Below, one piece after another: positions 1 to 9,475 of a stretch of 64,000 nt of DNA (position 1 is the first letter of the stretch; each line of letters starts with the position of its first letter). The notes under the pieces were generated by a model, which was not told where the DNA came from, searched no databases, and was given only the letters and a program-made list of their open reading frames with translations. Origin of the DNA: a virus; IMG/VR virus record IMGVR_UViG_3300035181_002522, positions 32,001 through 96,000 of that record; one strand, written 5' to 3'. The position numbers and the translations under genes were made by a program.

Positions 1-198
1 AGCCTTCAAGCTTGTTTTTTTCCAAAGCTCGATGCCAGTATCATCTTTAAATTCAGCACTAATTTTTAATAAGCTAGAATAAATGTTATTTGCAGCTTTA
101 ACTCGATCGGCTCTTGTCAAGTCAATTGCTTGTGCAATGTGCCCTTTTATGACAGCGTTACCACCTTCTAAGAGAAGAAACTGTTTGAATGAAATCAT
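1..198 (-). CDS. Hypothetical protein, partial (runs off window); possible internal head protein
   Basis: Manual translation from ATG at 198: MISFKQFLLLEGGNAVIKGH..., open to position 1. N-terminus resembles T4 capsid-targeting leaders. Confidence 0.6.
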   Translation of the reverse strand, partial: MISFKQFLLLEGGNAVIKGHIAQAIDLTRADRVKAANNIYSSLLKISAEFKDDTGIELWKKTSLKA

Positions 199-512
199 TT
201 TTTAGTTTCCTCATCTTTGAGGTATTTTCCAATTAGGTGTAAACCATGAAAATAATGGTGATGAATATCAGCGCTTGGCTCGAAGGTCGTTAAAAGATGA
301 GTGCTTTCATAAATTCTGCCGTTTAAGGTAATCTTATAAGTTTTACCATTATGCATGAATATTAAGTTTCCCTTCGCTAATTCAGTGTCAGATGATTTTA
401 ACTTAAAGTGTTCAGAATTAAAACTAGAACCTTCAATGACTTTTCTAATCGAATAGATTAAATCATTACTAGTATGTTTTGGAGTTGTTTCAAATAATTC
501 AGTTATTTTCAT
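195..512 (-). CDS. Hypothetical protein
   Basis: 105-aa ORF with MKITELFE N-terminus; its stop overlaps the start of the next gene. Confidence 0.6.
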   Translation of the reverse strand: MKITELFETTPKHTSNDLIYSIRKVIEGSSFNSEHFKLKSSDTELAKGNLIFMHNGKTYKITLNGRIYESTHLLTTFEPSADIHHHYFHGLHLIGKYLKDEETKK

Positions 513-558
513 GGTCTAGTTTAAGTAGAGGGATTAACTAAATTATTTATTTTGAAAG

Positions 559-1185
559 TTAGCTTATACGCAGTGTCTTATCATTTTCATTACCAACAAA
601 ATTCTTTTTTAAGAATTGTTTAATCTCAGAATATGATACTGGAGAGAAATTCCAATTGTCAACACCAACATCTACTCGACGGAATTTTGAATCGAATTTT
701 AAATTACCATGTGTGTGCCCATGTAAATGCCAGCTGTGATAATACATTTTATCCCAGCTCAAAAGTGGATAATGACACATTTGAATAAATTGAATTCCAC
801 CAGCGGCATCAGAATCAGGAACTGAAATTGTCAGCATATCGTGCACTGATGTAAAATAATTGTGCAAACCGTTTAATGGCGCATCATGATTTCCTTTAAT
901 TAAGTGAATATTTCCATTTAACTGCTCAAGCAGCTCTTTAACCTTTGGTTTTGCTGAAAAAGCAAAATCACCTAAAAAATAAACAATGTCATGTGGTTTT
1001 ATCTTTGCGTTCCAGTTATTGAGCATGGTGCTATTCATTAGCTCAATGTCTGGTTCTGGAATTCCTCTATCATTAAATTTACCTGGAATTGTAAATGGTC
1101 TTTTGCAATAATTAATGATATTACCATGATAAAAGTGTGTATCTGAAACCCAAAAGATTTCTGGTGAATGTTCTTGTTCTGTCAT
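559..1185 (-). CDS. Calcineurin-like metallophosphoesterase
   Basis: Motifs SDTHFYH, LGDF, GNHD, HYP, HGHTH, VGVD. Confidence 0.9.
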   Translation of the reverse strand: MTEQEHSPEIFWVSDTHFYHGNIINYCKRPFTIPGKFNDRGIPEPDIELMNSTMLNNWNAKIKPHDIVYFLGDFAFSAKPKVKELLEQLNGNIHLIKGNHDAPLNGLHNYFTSVHDMLTISVPDSDAAGGIQFIQMCHYPLLSWDKMYYHSWHLHGHTHGNLKFDSKFRRVDVGVDNWNFSPVSYSEIKQFLKKNFVGNENDKTLRIS

Positions 1186-1192
1186 AAATTCC

Positions 1193-2013
1193 CTAATATT
1201 TTGCTAATACCCAAGTTCTATTTAAATCAATAAGTGGAGCATTTACTGGTTGACTGTTGATAACCAATACCAAAGAACACCAAGTCACATCATCAAATTC
1301 TGCTGCTATCCCTTGATATAAGTAGCAATCTTGAATATCAACCATTCTCTCTGCAGTCCAATGAGAGTACTTGCCAACTTGCGTTTTAGTTTGGTGATAT
1401 AAAATTTGGTGTCGTTCTTTGTTAAATGTAATTTCAATAATTGCAGCTTTTGACTCATTTCAATTCAACAGCATGTATGATTTATCATCTTTCCTGCAGA
1501 AATATGATTTGATGTTTTGTTCAGCATTCAAATTTTCTTTAAATTCGGCTTGGTTTACTGGCTGGAATCTGTATTCAATTTCCAATTTTGAACCGATGAA
1601 GCAACCGATGACTTGATGTTCATTTTTGAATTGTTTAAATAAATTTAGTCCAATTAATCGATTAAATTCAGCAGCTTTTGCCGGTTTATCAAATGGAACG
1701 TCAATTTTGCTTTTGATAGAAGCGATTTTTGGTGAACTGATGTAATAATATTCGTTAGACACTTTGTCACGAAAAACGTATCGTTCTATAACATCTCTTG
1801 CTAAATTGATACCGTTTAAGTGCCTGTATACTTGACGATTTTCATTAATGATGGCATGGATAAAACTGAACTTGCCAAGATATTCGACCTCATTGAGTAA
1901 TTGAACAACTGAAACAGTATCACCAAGATTGACATCTTTTAGTGAAATTTTGTTAGTAGTTATTGCTTTTGTCAATATATTAGCTTGTTGATAAATGCTT
2001 ATTTATCGGTCAT
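1193..2013 (-). pseudogene. Interrupted hypothetical gene (ORF 1460..1975 plus an in-frame extension to 1193)
   Basis: The frame stays open for 88 codons after the TGA at 1460-1462 and ends at TAG 1193-1195, just before the next gene. ATG at 2013 joins this frame if one A is added to an A-run. Confidence 0.5.
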
Positions 2014-2014
2014 G

Positions 2015-2641
2015 TTACTGATCACTGATTATGCCTGTTGCTTCCATGAAAATGTCGCGCGTTGATTTGTATCCGCCATTTCCATTTGAAACATCTATGA
2101 TAACTTTATGTTTAAAATCAGATTTTTCAAATGCAGTAACAAAATCTTGCTGTTCTGCTTCTTTCTGAAAGAAGTCAAAGCTTTGACCATCATCTTGAAT
2201 AAATGACCAATTAGAAGTTGTTAAAAGAATTAACTTAACGTGGTTCCAGCGATAGACTTGATGCTCATATTCTAAATTGAACACATAGTGCCCTGGATAA
2301 TTCCGATATCGATTAGCGTAAACAAATTCACCAAGGTGAAAACGATCAAAGATTAAGTTATTATCAGGAGATTTTAAAAGTCTAAAGCCATTTTCAAATG
2401 ATCGATATTGAAAAGTTTTCAATGGGTCATTTGCCGCAGTATGATACGCTGGAAGATAATTATGTCGAACATAATAATCTAGTTTTTCAGGCTTTGCGAA
2501 GTGCATAACCTGAAAAAAACCAAACTGCTGTTTAAGCTCATTGATAAGTGAGGTTTTTCCCAACCTGTCTACACCTTCAACGATAAATGAACTATACACT
2601 GAATTGATCTCTTTAGATTTTTTAGAGGTATATTTTATCAT
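2015..2641 (-). CDS. Thymidylate/dNMP kinase-like P-loop kinase
   Basis: Walker A IVEGVDRLGKT and the IFDRFHLGEFVY motif typical of phage dNMP kinases. Confidence 0.8.
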   Translation of the reverse strand: MIKYTSKKSKEINSVYSSFIVEGVDRLGKTSLINELKQQFGFFQVMHFAKPEKLDYYVRHNYLPAYHTAANDPLKTFQYRSFENGFRLLKSPDNNLIFDRFHLGEFVYANRYRNYPGHYVFNLEYEHQVYRWNHVKLILLTTSNWSFIQDDGQSFDFFQKEAEQQDFVTAFEKSDFKHKVIIDVSNGNGGYKSTRDIFMEATGIISDQ

Positions 2642-2951
2642 CTAAAGAGGTCATTTAACACTGATACTTCATAAGCCAATTTATGGCATTAGCAATGGTA
2701 TTCCTAACATCATATAAATCGTAAACGAAATATAGATGGGTATCATTGTACCCGCATAGATTTTTTCAGATTTTGAAAGTTGTTCAATCAAGCTTTTGGC
2801 CTTTTTCATTTTCAGTTCCTCTTGGATGTTAACTTTTGGTTAATTATAATGGATTAGATTGTAGAGTCCATTATATCATTATATATAAACAATGACATCA
2901 GTTTAGCACCATTATTCACAAATCTTGAGGAAAAATATCATTAACCCTGGG

Positions 2952-3152
2952 TTAATAGTCTTTGACTTTACATTCAATGGCATAACCTTCGTAGAAAAGT
3001 TCAGGCGTTTTTCCAGCTTTACGAGCTTCAATTAAATCACCTTCATGTATCCAAGCACTTAGCCACCAGATAAAGGCCATCAAAGCGATATACAGAGCAT
3101 ATTCAATAATCATTGCAACAAAGGTAAAATTTATTGGTGGAATGTTGACCAA
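2952..3152 (-). CDS. Small putative membrane protein
   Basis: 66-aa ORF with one hydrophobic segment; start uncertain. Confidence 0.35.
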   Translation of the reverse strand: MVNIPPINFTFVAMIIEYALYIALMAFIWWLSAWIHEGDLIEARKAGKTPELFYEGYAIECKVKDY

Positions 3153-3246
3153 CTAAATTTGCTGACATTAATAAACGAGCACGAGATAAACCTAAATGAG
3201 TTGGGAATATTTTAGCTAACAATTGATGTGCTACATAATTTTGCAT
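3103..3246 (-). pseudogene. HNH homing endonuclease remnant
   Basis: Manual translation MQNYVAHQLLAKIFPTHLGLSRARLLMS matches the 'H..AH.LL.KI(F/Y)P' segment of phage HNH nucleases and the fragment at 48.6 kb. Confidence 0.5.
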
Positions 3247-3312
3247 AATGGGCTTCCTATTTTAACTGATTTGACATCAGTTGAATATCAAAATAAAAAC
3301 TTTTATTATACA

Positions 3313-5031
3313 TTAAGAAAACCAAATAGAAGAATAATTTACAGAAAACTCATCTTGCCAAACATTTAATTTATTCCCCCAGAGCCATTTAGATGTTTCA
3401 TCTAAAAAATATGTTTTTGCCCAATCTTCACTACTTCTAACTGAACGACCTGCCCCCTGGACCATTTTTACTATAGTTTCTAATGAATATACATCACTAT
3501 GATTTTTAGCAATGTACTGTGTGCGTTTATCTCCTAATGAAGCATATGGAGTTTTTATGAAAATTTGAAATCTACTTAAGTCATCATCTAATGATAATCC
3601 TTCAAACATACTTGGCGAAATTAAAATTTTTAAAGATTGCTCATCTTTAAATGATTTGACTAAATCATTTAATTTTTGCCCTCTTTGATGAGAAAATATT
3701 TTTACAGTTTTTAAATTATTAAGCCCGTTTGTAATGAGTTCAGTAATTTCAAATGACGGAGTTAAAATTATGCCATTTTCATTATTGGCGCAATGTGATT
3801 TAACAATTTTATTGCATGCAGTAATTAATTTATCTCTGACAGGTTTTTCTTTTAAAGTATTATAATTTAACTTTGCGACATTACAGAAAATTATTTTTTT
3901 ATTTTCTTTTGCAAAGATTGGTGGCAATTTAATAAAAGCAGTTTCTGTTTGATCCAAATTTAGCATTTTTATTAATGAAACATCGTCACAAGTCGCCGAC
4001 ATGAATAATTGAAATTGTGAATTAATTAATTGCTCAAACATTTTACCAGCAAATATTGGCTTAACTGAAAGTTCTTTAGCCTCTATATTAAGCTCAAAGA
4101 TATGCTCATATTCATAAGCAACTAAATCACCAATCTTACAAGCTAAATCCCCATATTTTTTCCCAATCTTATTAAGCTTAGAATATTCTTTAAGGTCTTG
4201 AGTTAAAACTGATTCTGCTTTCTGTTTAAAATTAGCTTCAATCAATTTATAAATTTTGTGCAGCTCTTGAAGGCGTTCCCAATAGTTTTTATCAGTGATT
4301 TTACCTTCACTAATATCATTTTTTAGCCGCTTGAAAAAACCAAAAATATCTAAATCCGTGACAATTTTTAAATTTTCACTAACTTCTTGAATAATATTAT
4401 CAATTCTTTTGTCAGATATAAACACTGCGCAATGTTCAGCAAATGCGTTATTAATCGTATGAGCTTCATCCCAAACGGTAACGGTTCGATAAGCATGCTG
4501 GTTTGCGAATAACCTGTCAATAAAGAAATAGCTGTAATTTGTAATCACGTGGCGAGTGATATGCTTCAACTGTTTTAATCGATTAAATTCACATTTACCA
4601 CAAAACTTATCAACTAACTGCTCTAATTCCGGCTTTTTGGAGCGCTTCATATCGGTTCGACAACAATTATCCGCAGTTTCTGGAACAAACTTTGTTGATA
4701 AAGCTTCACATTCGTAGTTATTAGAACCTTTTACCTGAATAAAATCGCGAATGCCATCAAATGTTTCTTGATACTGTGTTGCAAGCATGTTTGTGCCAAC
4801 TAAGATAAAAGAAGCAAGTCGCTCTGGAATATCCATTATCTCATGTAAAACATCAGCAACTACGGCACCAATGATAGATTTACCAGCTCCAGTCGGTGCC
4901 GATAATACAACATTAGTTTTCCCTTCAATTAAATATGCTGATAGAACTTGGTCAATATCGTGAACTTGATTGCCACGCGGTGATTTACCTAATCGCTGAA
5001 AGCCAGCTAAAATTTCTTTTTCAAAGTTCAT
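3313..5031 (-). CDS. SF2 DinG/Rad3-like DNA helicase
   Basis: Walker A APTGAGKS, DEAH box, EGLSL and QGAGRSVRS motifs, Cys cluster. Start MNFEKE at 5031 is more likely than 5055. Confidence 0.88.
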   Translation of the reverse strand: MNFEKEILAGFQRLGKSPRGNQVHDIDQVLSAYLIEGKTNVVLSAPTGAGKSIIGAVVADVLHEIMDIPERLASFILVGTNMLATQYQETFDGIRDFIQVKGSNNYECEALSTKFVPETADNCCRTDMKRSKKPELEQLVDKFCGKCEFNRLKQLKHITRHVITNYSYFFIDRLFANQHAYRTVTVWDEAHTINNAFAEHCAVFISDKRIDNIIQEVSENLKIVTDLDIFGFFKRLKNDISEGKITDKNYWERLQELHKIYKLIEANFKQKAESVLTQDLKEYSKLNKIGKKYGDLACKIGDLVAYEYEHIFELNIEAKELSVKPIFAGKMFEQLINSQFQLFMSATCDDVSLIKMLNLDQTETAFIKLPPIFAKENKKIIFCNVAKLNYNTLKEKPVRDKLITACNKIVKSHCANNENGIILTPSFEITELITNGLNNLKTVKIFSHQRGQKLNDLVKSFKDEQSLKILISPSMFEGLSLDDDLSRFQIFIKTPYASLGDKRTQYIAKNHSDVYSLETIVKMVQGAGRSVRSSEDWAKTYFLDETSKWLWGNKLNVWQDEFSVNYSSIWFS

Positions 5032-5911
5032 TGTTGTGCGCTTTTCGTTTTGCAATAAAATCCATAACTGAAGTCATACCATTTTCCAGTTGTTCTTGAG
5101 TTAATTCTGGTAAAGAATCTGAACTGACTGAACAAAATGCAGGAAAATCATCCCATAAAGCTTGAATTGGAGCTTGGGCTCCAGTGATAGCTTTTTCAGT
5201 ATTATTCTGTGGTAATTTAGTTTCTTTTGCAACCTTTTCAATTAGATGAAAATGACGAGAATAAACATGCAAAGACATTGCATTCCAAATAACAGTTCCA
5301 AGTTTTAAATTTGGATATGTATCAAGTAAATCATTATAAAGTTTTGAATGAACAAAATCAATCCAAAATTTATCACCCTTATATCCAAAAATTGCGTCGC
5401 TTGAGCGAAAATTAGCTATTGAAATTAGTCCATTATCTCGAATAAAATGCTGAGTATTTTGACAACAAATAAAATCACTTCTGCCAATCAAATTCCATTC
5501 AACATGCATTGATGGTCGATTGTAAATCATTATTGCCTGTCTAGACGCTTGATCACTTTTTAATTTATTAAGAACGTGCTGATATTGATTTCCATTATTA
5601 TCTGAAAATATTAAATTTCCATAATTAGAATTGATAAACCCATCTTCATCAGCAATTTGCTGCCAAATTTTTGGAATTGGTGGTGGAATATCATTTACAT
5701 TCAAAGATTCTGACAAATACCAAGCTAATTCTCGATTATGCCATTCATCATTTGCAGTTCCAAAGATTGTTGGCTCATCAGCTATAAATGATGTGTTTAT
5801 AATTTCTATAACTTGAGTTCCATTTTTGTCTGGAACTATACCTTTACCTGAGGTATAGAGGTCAATAAATTGTTGACGAATATCCAAAACTTTTGTGCTA
5901 GTAAAAAGCAT
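5021..5911 (-). CDS. gp42: dCMP hydroxymethylase-like (thymidylate synthase fold)
   Basis: Colinear with T4 gp42 as recalled: IEII..SF.ADEP.IFG, REL.WY, PKIWQQ, INSNYG, IMIY.RPSM, SDF.C, RS.D..FG...D, SLHVYSRHF. Confidence 0.85.
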   Translation of the reverse strand: MLFTSTKVLDIRQQFIDLYTSGKGIVPDKNGTQVIEIINTSFIADEPTIFGTANDEWHNRELAWYLSESLNVNDIPPPIPKIWQQIADEDGFINSNYGNLIFSDNNGNQYQHVLNKLKSDQASRQAIMIYNRPSMHVEWNLIGRSDFICCQNTQHFIRDNGLISIANFRSSDAIFGYKGDKFWIDFVHSKLYNDLLDTYPNLKLGTVIWNAMSLHVYSRHFHLIEKVAKETKLPQNNTEKAITGAQAPIQALWDDFPAFCSVSSDSLPELTQEQLENGMTSVMDFIAKRKAHNNEL

Positions 5912-6007
5912 AAAATTAATCCATTAATTGTTTAAAACTGTCTAATTATATCATAATCATGTTGAAAAATACACTCTGTCTTTTGAGGTTAATATTGGTT
6001 GTAGGTA

Positions 6008-6014
6008 ATAAATA
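6008..6014 (+). promoter_or_regulatory. T4-type late promoter-like ATAAATA
   Basis: Lies upstream of the tail-fibre cluster; the same motif precedes many structural genes. Confidence 0.55.
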
Positions 6015-6065
6015 CAGGAAGTTAACCCTTCCTTCACATTAACACTATCAAAAAGGAATTCAAAT

Positions 6066-8102
6066 ATGATTTTTGACGGAGTCGAACTTCTCGAAGGTTC
6101 ACAGATCATCAATAGTGTGATCAACACTGGGGCTTCGTTTCCAGTTGGCCCTAATCACGTTCCAGACCAAGGCGAATTATTTTATAAAAATGATAATTCT
6201 GATTTACTCGGCGAAATTGGCATTTACGTTTATGATGGAGCAAATTGGGTTCCATTCGCTAGTCAAACTTTTGTAAATGACCAGCTTAATGGTCAAGTAA
6301 CGACTATTCCAGCTGGCGCAACGTTGCCAGCGACAAGTTCAGCAACCAATGGAGAATTGTTTTATAAAAATAGTGCAGCTGATACTATTCCAATTGGTTT
6401 GTATATCTACAGTTTTGCTGCTGCTGAATGGCAAGTGGTTTCAAGCTCAAGTAGTCATCCTATCATCTCAGCGGCAAGTTCAGTTGATAATAGTGGTGTT
6501 ACGTTTGTTCAAGATTTGACATTTGATTCATTTGGGCATGTGACTGGAACCGCAAGTGCGATGGTTCCAAGTGCATCAACCTCTCAAGTTGGTTTAGTTC
6601 AATTATCAGATAGCACATCGACAACAAGTTCAAGCCTTGCTGCAAGTTCAACTGCTGTAAAAGCCGCTTATGATTTAGCGGCGGCCGCATTACCAGCTAC
6701 AGGTGGAACATTGAGTGGTAGTATTACTATTTCTACTGGTAATCATATCACAATTTCAGATGCGCCAGTTAATGGAACAGATGCCGTTAATAAAATTTAT
6801 GTCGATGCAAACCTTGCTGGGTTGTCATGGAAACAGTCTGTAAAAACCGCTACTACAGCAAATATTACTTTATCTGGAACTCAAACAATCGACGGAGTTT
6901 CAGTTATAGCAGGCGACAGAGTTCTTGTTAAAGACCAAAGTACAGCTTCACAAAATGGTATTTACATTGTGGCTGCAGGAGCATGGACGAGAGCAACTGA
7001 TTTTGACCAAGCTTCACCGATTAATGAAGTTAATTCCGCGGCGGTTTTTGTTGAGCAAGGTTCATTAAATGCTGATACTGGTTGGACGCAAATTAATAAT
7101 GTTTCAACGGTAGGTTCTGATGCAATTTCGTTTACTCAGTTTAATGGCGCGGTTGGGGTAACGGCTGGGATAGGTTTAAGTAAATCTGGTAATACTTTAA
7201 ATGTTAACCTTGGCGCCGGTATCGCGCAATTACCTACCGATGAAGTTGGAGTTGATTTGTATTCTGGTGGTGGTTTAATGACTACTTCAGATGGAACAAA
7301 TTCAGATACATCAACTGGAGCTCAATTATCATTGGCATTAGTTGGAACAGCTGGCACATATAAAAGTATCACAACTGATAACTTTGGTAGAGTGACAAGT
7401 GGTTCAAATCCAACGACCTTAAGCGGCTTTGGTATCACTGATGCTCAGCCACTTGATGACGATTTGACAGCTATAGCTGCGTTAAGTGGTACTTCTGGTA
7501 TCTTGAAAAAAACGGCAGCAAATACTTGGTCTTTAGATACTAGCACCTATTTGACAGGTAATGAGACAATTACTTTGTCAGGTGATGCTTCTGGGTCAGG
7601 TTCAGTTAATATTTCAGTAACTCTTGCTAACTCTGGGGTTACAGCTGGTACGTATAATAATTCTACAACGGCGATAACACCGATTACGGTTGATGCTAAA
7701 GGTAGAATTACTTCAACTGGGTCAGCTGTAACAATAACACCTGCATTTAGTTCACTCACTGGTAAGCCAACTACATTAAGTGGATATGGTATCACTGATG
7801 CTCAACCACTCGATGGAGATTTAACCGCCATAGCAGCGTTGGGTGGTTCTGCTGGTGTTTTAAGAAAAACCGCGGCCGATACTTGGCAGTTAGATACTTC
7901 TGCTTTTGTTAATGTTGTTCAAGGAACAGCAAATCAAGTTACCGCAAATACCGCAAGTGGAACAGTTACTATTGGATTAGCAGCTAATATTACTGGAGTA
8001 AATACCATTACTTTAGGTCAGCAGCCAACAGCTAATATGCACGCTGTCACTAAGCAATATGCTGATACGATGGCCATGGCTTATGCCATTGTATTTGGAT
8101 AA
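6066..8102 (+). CDS. Tail fibre protein
   Basis: Ser/Thr/Gly-rich; contains ASTSQVGLVQLS, a WKQSVKTATTANITLSGTQTIDG domain, and a duplicated GITDAQPLD.DLTAIAAL repeat. Confidence 0.8.
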   Translation: MIFDGVELLEGSQIINSVINTGASFPVGPNHVPDQGELFYKNDNSDLLGEIGIYVYDGANWVPFASQTFVNDQLNGQVTTIPAGATLPATSSATNGELFYKNSAADTIPIGLYIYSFAAAEWQVVSSSSSHPIISAASSVDNSGVTFVQDLTFDSFGHVTGTASAMVPSASTSQVGLVQLSDSTSTTSSSLAASSTAVKAAYDLAAAALPATGGTLSGSITISTGNHITISDAPVNGTDAVNKIYVDANLAGLSWKQSVKTATTANITLSGTQTIDGVSVIAGDRVLVKDQSTASQNGIYIVAAGAWTRATDFDQASPINEVNSAAVFVEQGSLNADTGWTQINNVSTVGSDAISFTQFNGAVGVTAGIGLSKSGNTLNVNLGAGIAQLPTDEVGVDLYSGGGLMTTSDGTNSDTSTGAQLSLALVGTAGTYKSITTDNFGRVTSGSNPTTLSGFGITDAQPLDDDLTAIAALSGTSGILKKTAANTWSLDTSTYLTGNETITLSGDASGSGSVNISVTLANSGVTAGTYNNSTTAITPITVDAKGRITSTGSAVTITPAFSSLTGKPTTLSGYGITDAQPLDGDLTAIAALGGSAGVLRKTAADTWQLDTSAFVNVVQGTANQVTANTASGTVTIGLAANITGVNTITLGQQPTANMHAVTKQYADTMAMAYAIVFG

Positions 8103-8107
8103 ATTTG

Positions 8108-8139
8108 AAAAAGGATAAAGTAGTGTGCTTTATCCTTTT
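8108..8139 (+). terminator. Intrinsic terminator
   Basis: AAAAGGATAAAG-tagtgtg-CTTTATCCTTTT hairpin. Confidence 0.6.
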
Positions 8140-8193
8140 GCATAAATAGAGTTATCATCTCAAAATTAAATTTTCTTCTTAGGAGACAATATC

Positions 8194-8532
8194 ATGGCAT
8201 TTAGAAATGCAGCTGCCGCAATTGGAACCTCTTTGACTACGCTTTATACTTGCCCAACTAGCTATGAAACTGTTGTGCATTCATTGTATATTTCAAACAC
8301 TGATACAATTAATACAATTAGTGTTGATATTCAGGCGACTTTGACTAAAGCTGGTTTAGGTTCAAAATATTTAGCTCAGAATGTTTCAATTCCAGCTGGA
8401 ACAACTTTGGTTTTCGATAAGCCGATTAATTTAAGACCGACTGACGTCTTGAAAGTTAAAGCTTCGGCAGCAACTTGTGATGCTTTCGCGAGTTTGTTAT
8501 TGACCGCTGAAGATACTGTAGCGCCTAACTAA
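8194..8532 (+). CDS. Virion structural protein (tail-associated)
   Basis: AGGAG RBS and upstream ATAAATA; LYTCP...L.ISN...IPAG pattern common in phage tail clusters. Confidence 0.65.
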   Translation: MAFRNAAAAIGTSLTTLYTCPTSYETVVHSLYISNTDTINTISVDIQATLTKAGLGSKYLAQNVSIPAGTTLVFDKPINLRPTDVLKVKASAATCDAFASLLLTAEDTVAPN

Positions 8533-8546
8533 TAGGAGTTTTAAAC

Positions 8547-9074
8547 ATGGCATTTTTAGGACAGTATTCACCGAATACTTATCGCACGAATAACATTTTT
8601 ACAGCGTCTGCCGGTCAGACCGTCTTTAGTGCTGTGTATGACCCTGGTTGCGTTGACGTTTATCGAAATGGCGTTAAGTTAGTAAATGGTCAAGATTATT
8701 CCGCTTCAAATGGTAATTCAGTAACGTTGGTTTCAGCTGCGTCTGTGACCGATGTTATTGAGGTTGTTTCATTTAAAGTAAACTTGGCAATAAAAGATTT
8801 TTCTGGAGCCCCTATTGCGATTGGAGCTAATACAACTTTAGTTCAAGGTCAGCAATATTATTTGACAGCTTCAGGTTTAACAGTGAGTTTACCAACTTCA
8901 CCTTTAGCCGGTTGGGCGGTTAGAGTTTTTGATGTATCTGGTAGTGTGACAAATCAAGTATCTGGTAATGGAGCAAATATTCAAGCGTCAAGTTCAAATT
9001 TGACAATTGATATTGCAAATACTACCGTGACATTTGTTTATGTTGATGCTATTCGTGGTTGGTTGGTAATTTAA
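8547..9074 (+). CDS. Tail fibre-associated protein
   Basis: FTASAGQTVF...VDVYRNGVKL repeat, plus a C-terminal LPTSP..G..V.V.D...GW domain. Confidence 0.7.
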   Translation: MAFLGQYSPNTYRTNNIFTASAGQTVFSAVYDPGCVDVYRNGVKLVNGQDYSASNGNSVTLVSAASVTDVIEVVSFKVNLAIKDFSGAPIAIGANTTLVQGQQYYLTASGLTVSLPTSPLAGWAVRVFDVSGSVTNQVSGNGANIQASSSNLTIDIANTTVTFVYVDAIRGWLVI

Positions 9075-9087
9075 GGAGCTTATAACA

Positions 9088-9474
9088 ATGACTTTATTAA
9101 CGGTTCTTAGACAAGGTACCAACTTTGGTAGCTTAAATATCACCAATTTAACAACAAACGGCGCAACAGTAATCACTCCAGTGGCGTTAACTGAAGCATC
9201 TCCAACCACTTGGAATTGGGCAACTGCACAAAATGCTACATTATCTTTAACTGCAAGCAGAGTTATTTCAAATCCAACAAATGCAATTAATGGACAATAT
9301 GCATCATTGAGAGTTGTACGAACTGGTGCATTCCAGTTATCTTTTGACACTTTGTTTAAAGGTGTTTCTAGCATAAGTCAATCAACAACTTCGGGATTTG
9401 TCGATCATTTTGTTTTTAGATATAACGGCACGAACTTTGAACTTGTAAGTTTCAGAGCAAACATAGGAGCATAA
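9088..9474 (+). CDS. Virion structural protein
   Basis: GGAG RBS; beta-rich sequence in the tail operon. Confidence 0.6.
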   Translation: MTLLTVLRQGTNFGSLNITNLTTNGATVITPVALTEASPTTWNWATAQNATLSLTASRVISNPTNAINGQYASLRVVRTGAFQLSFDTLFKGVSSISQSTTSGFVDHFVFRYNGTNFELVSFRANIGA

Positions 9475-9475
9475 T

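Noticed and set aside
5021-5911. Ordinary thymidylate synthase (thyA/td)
   Set aside because: The motifs and the specificity Asp match T4 gp42 rather than ThyA.
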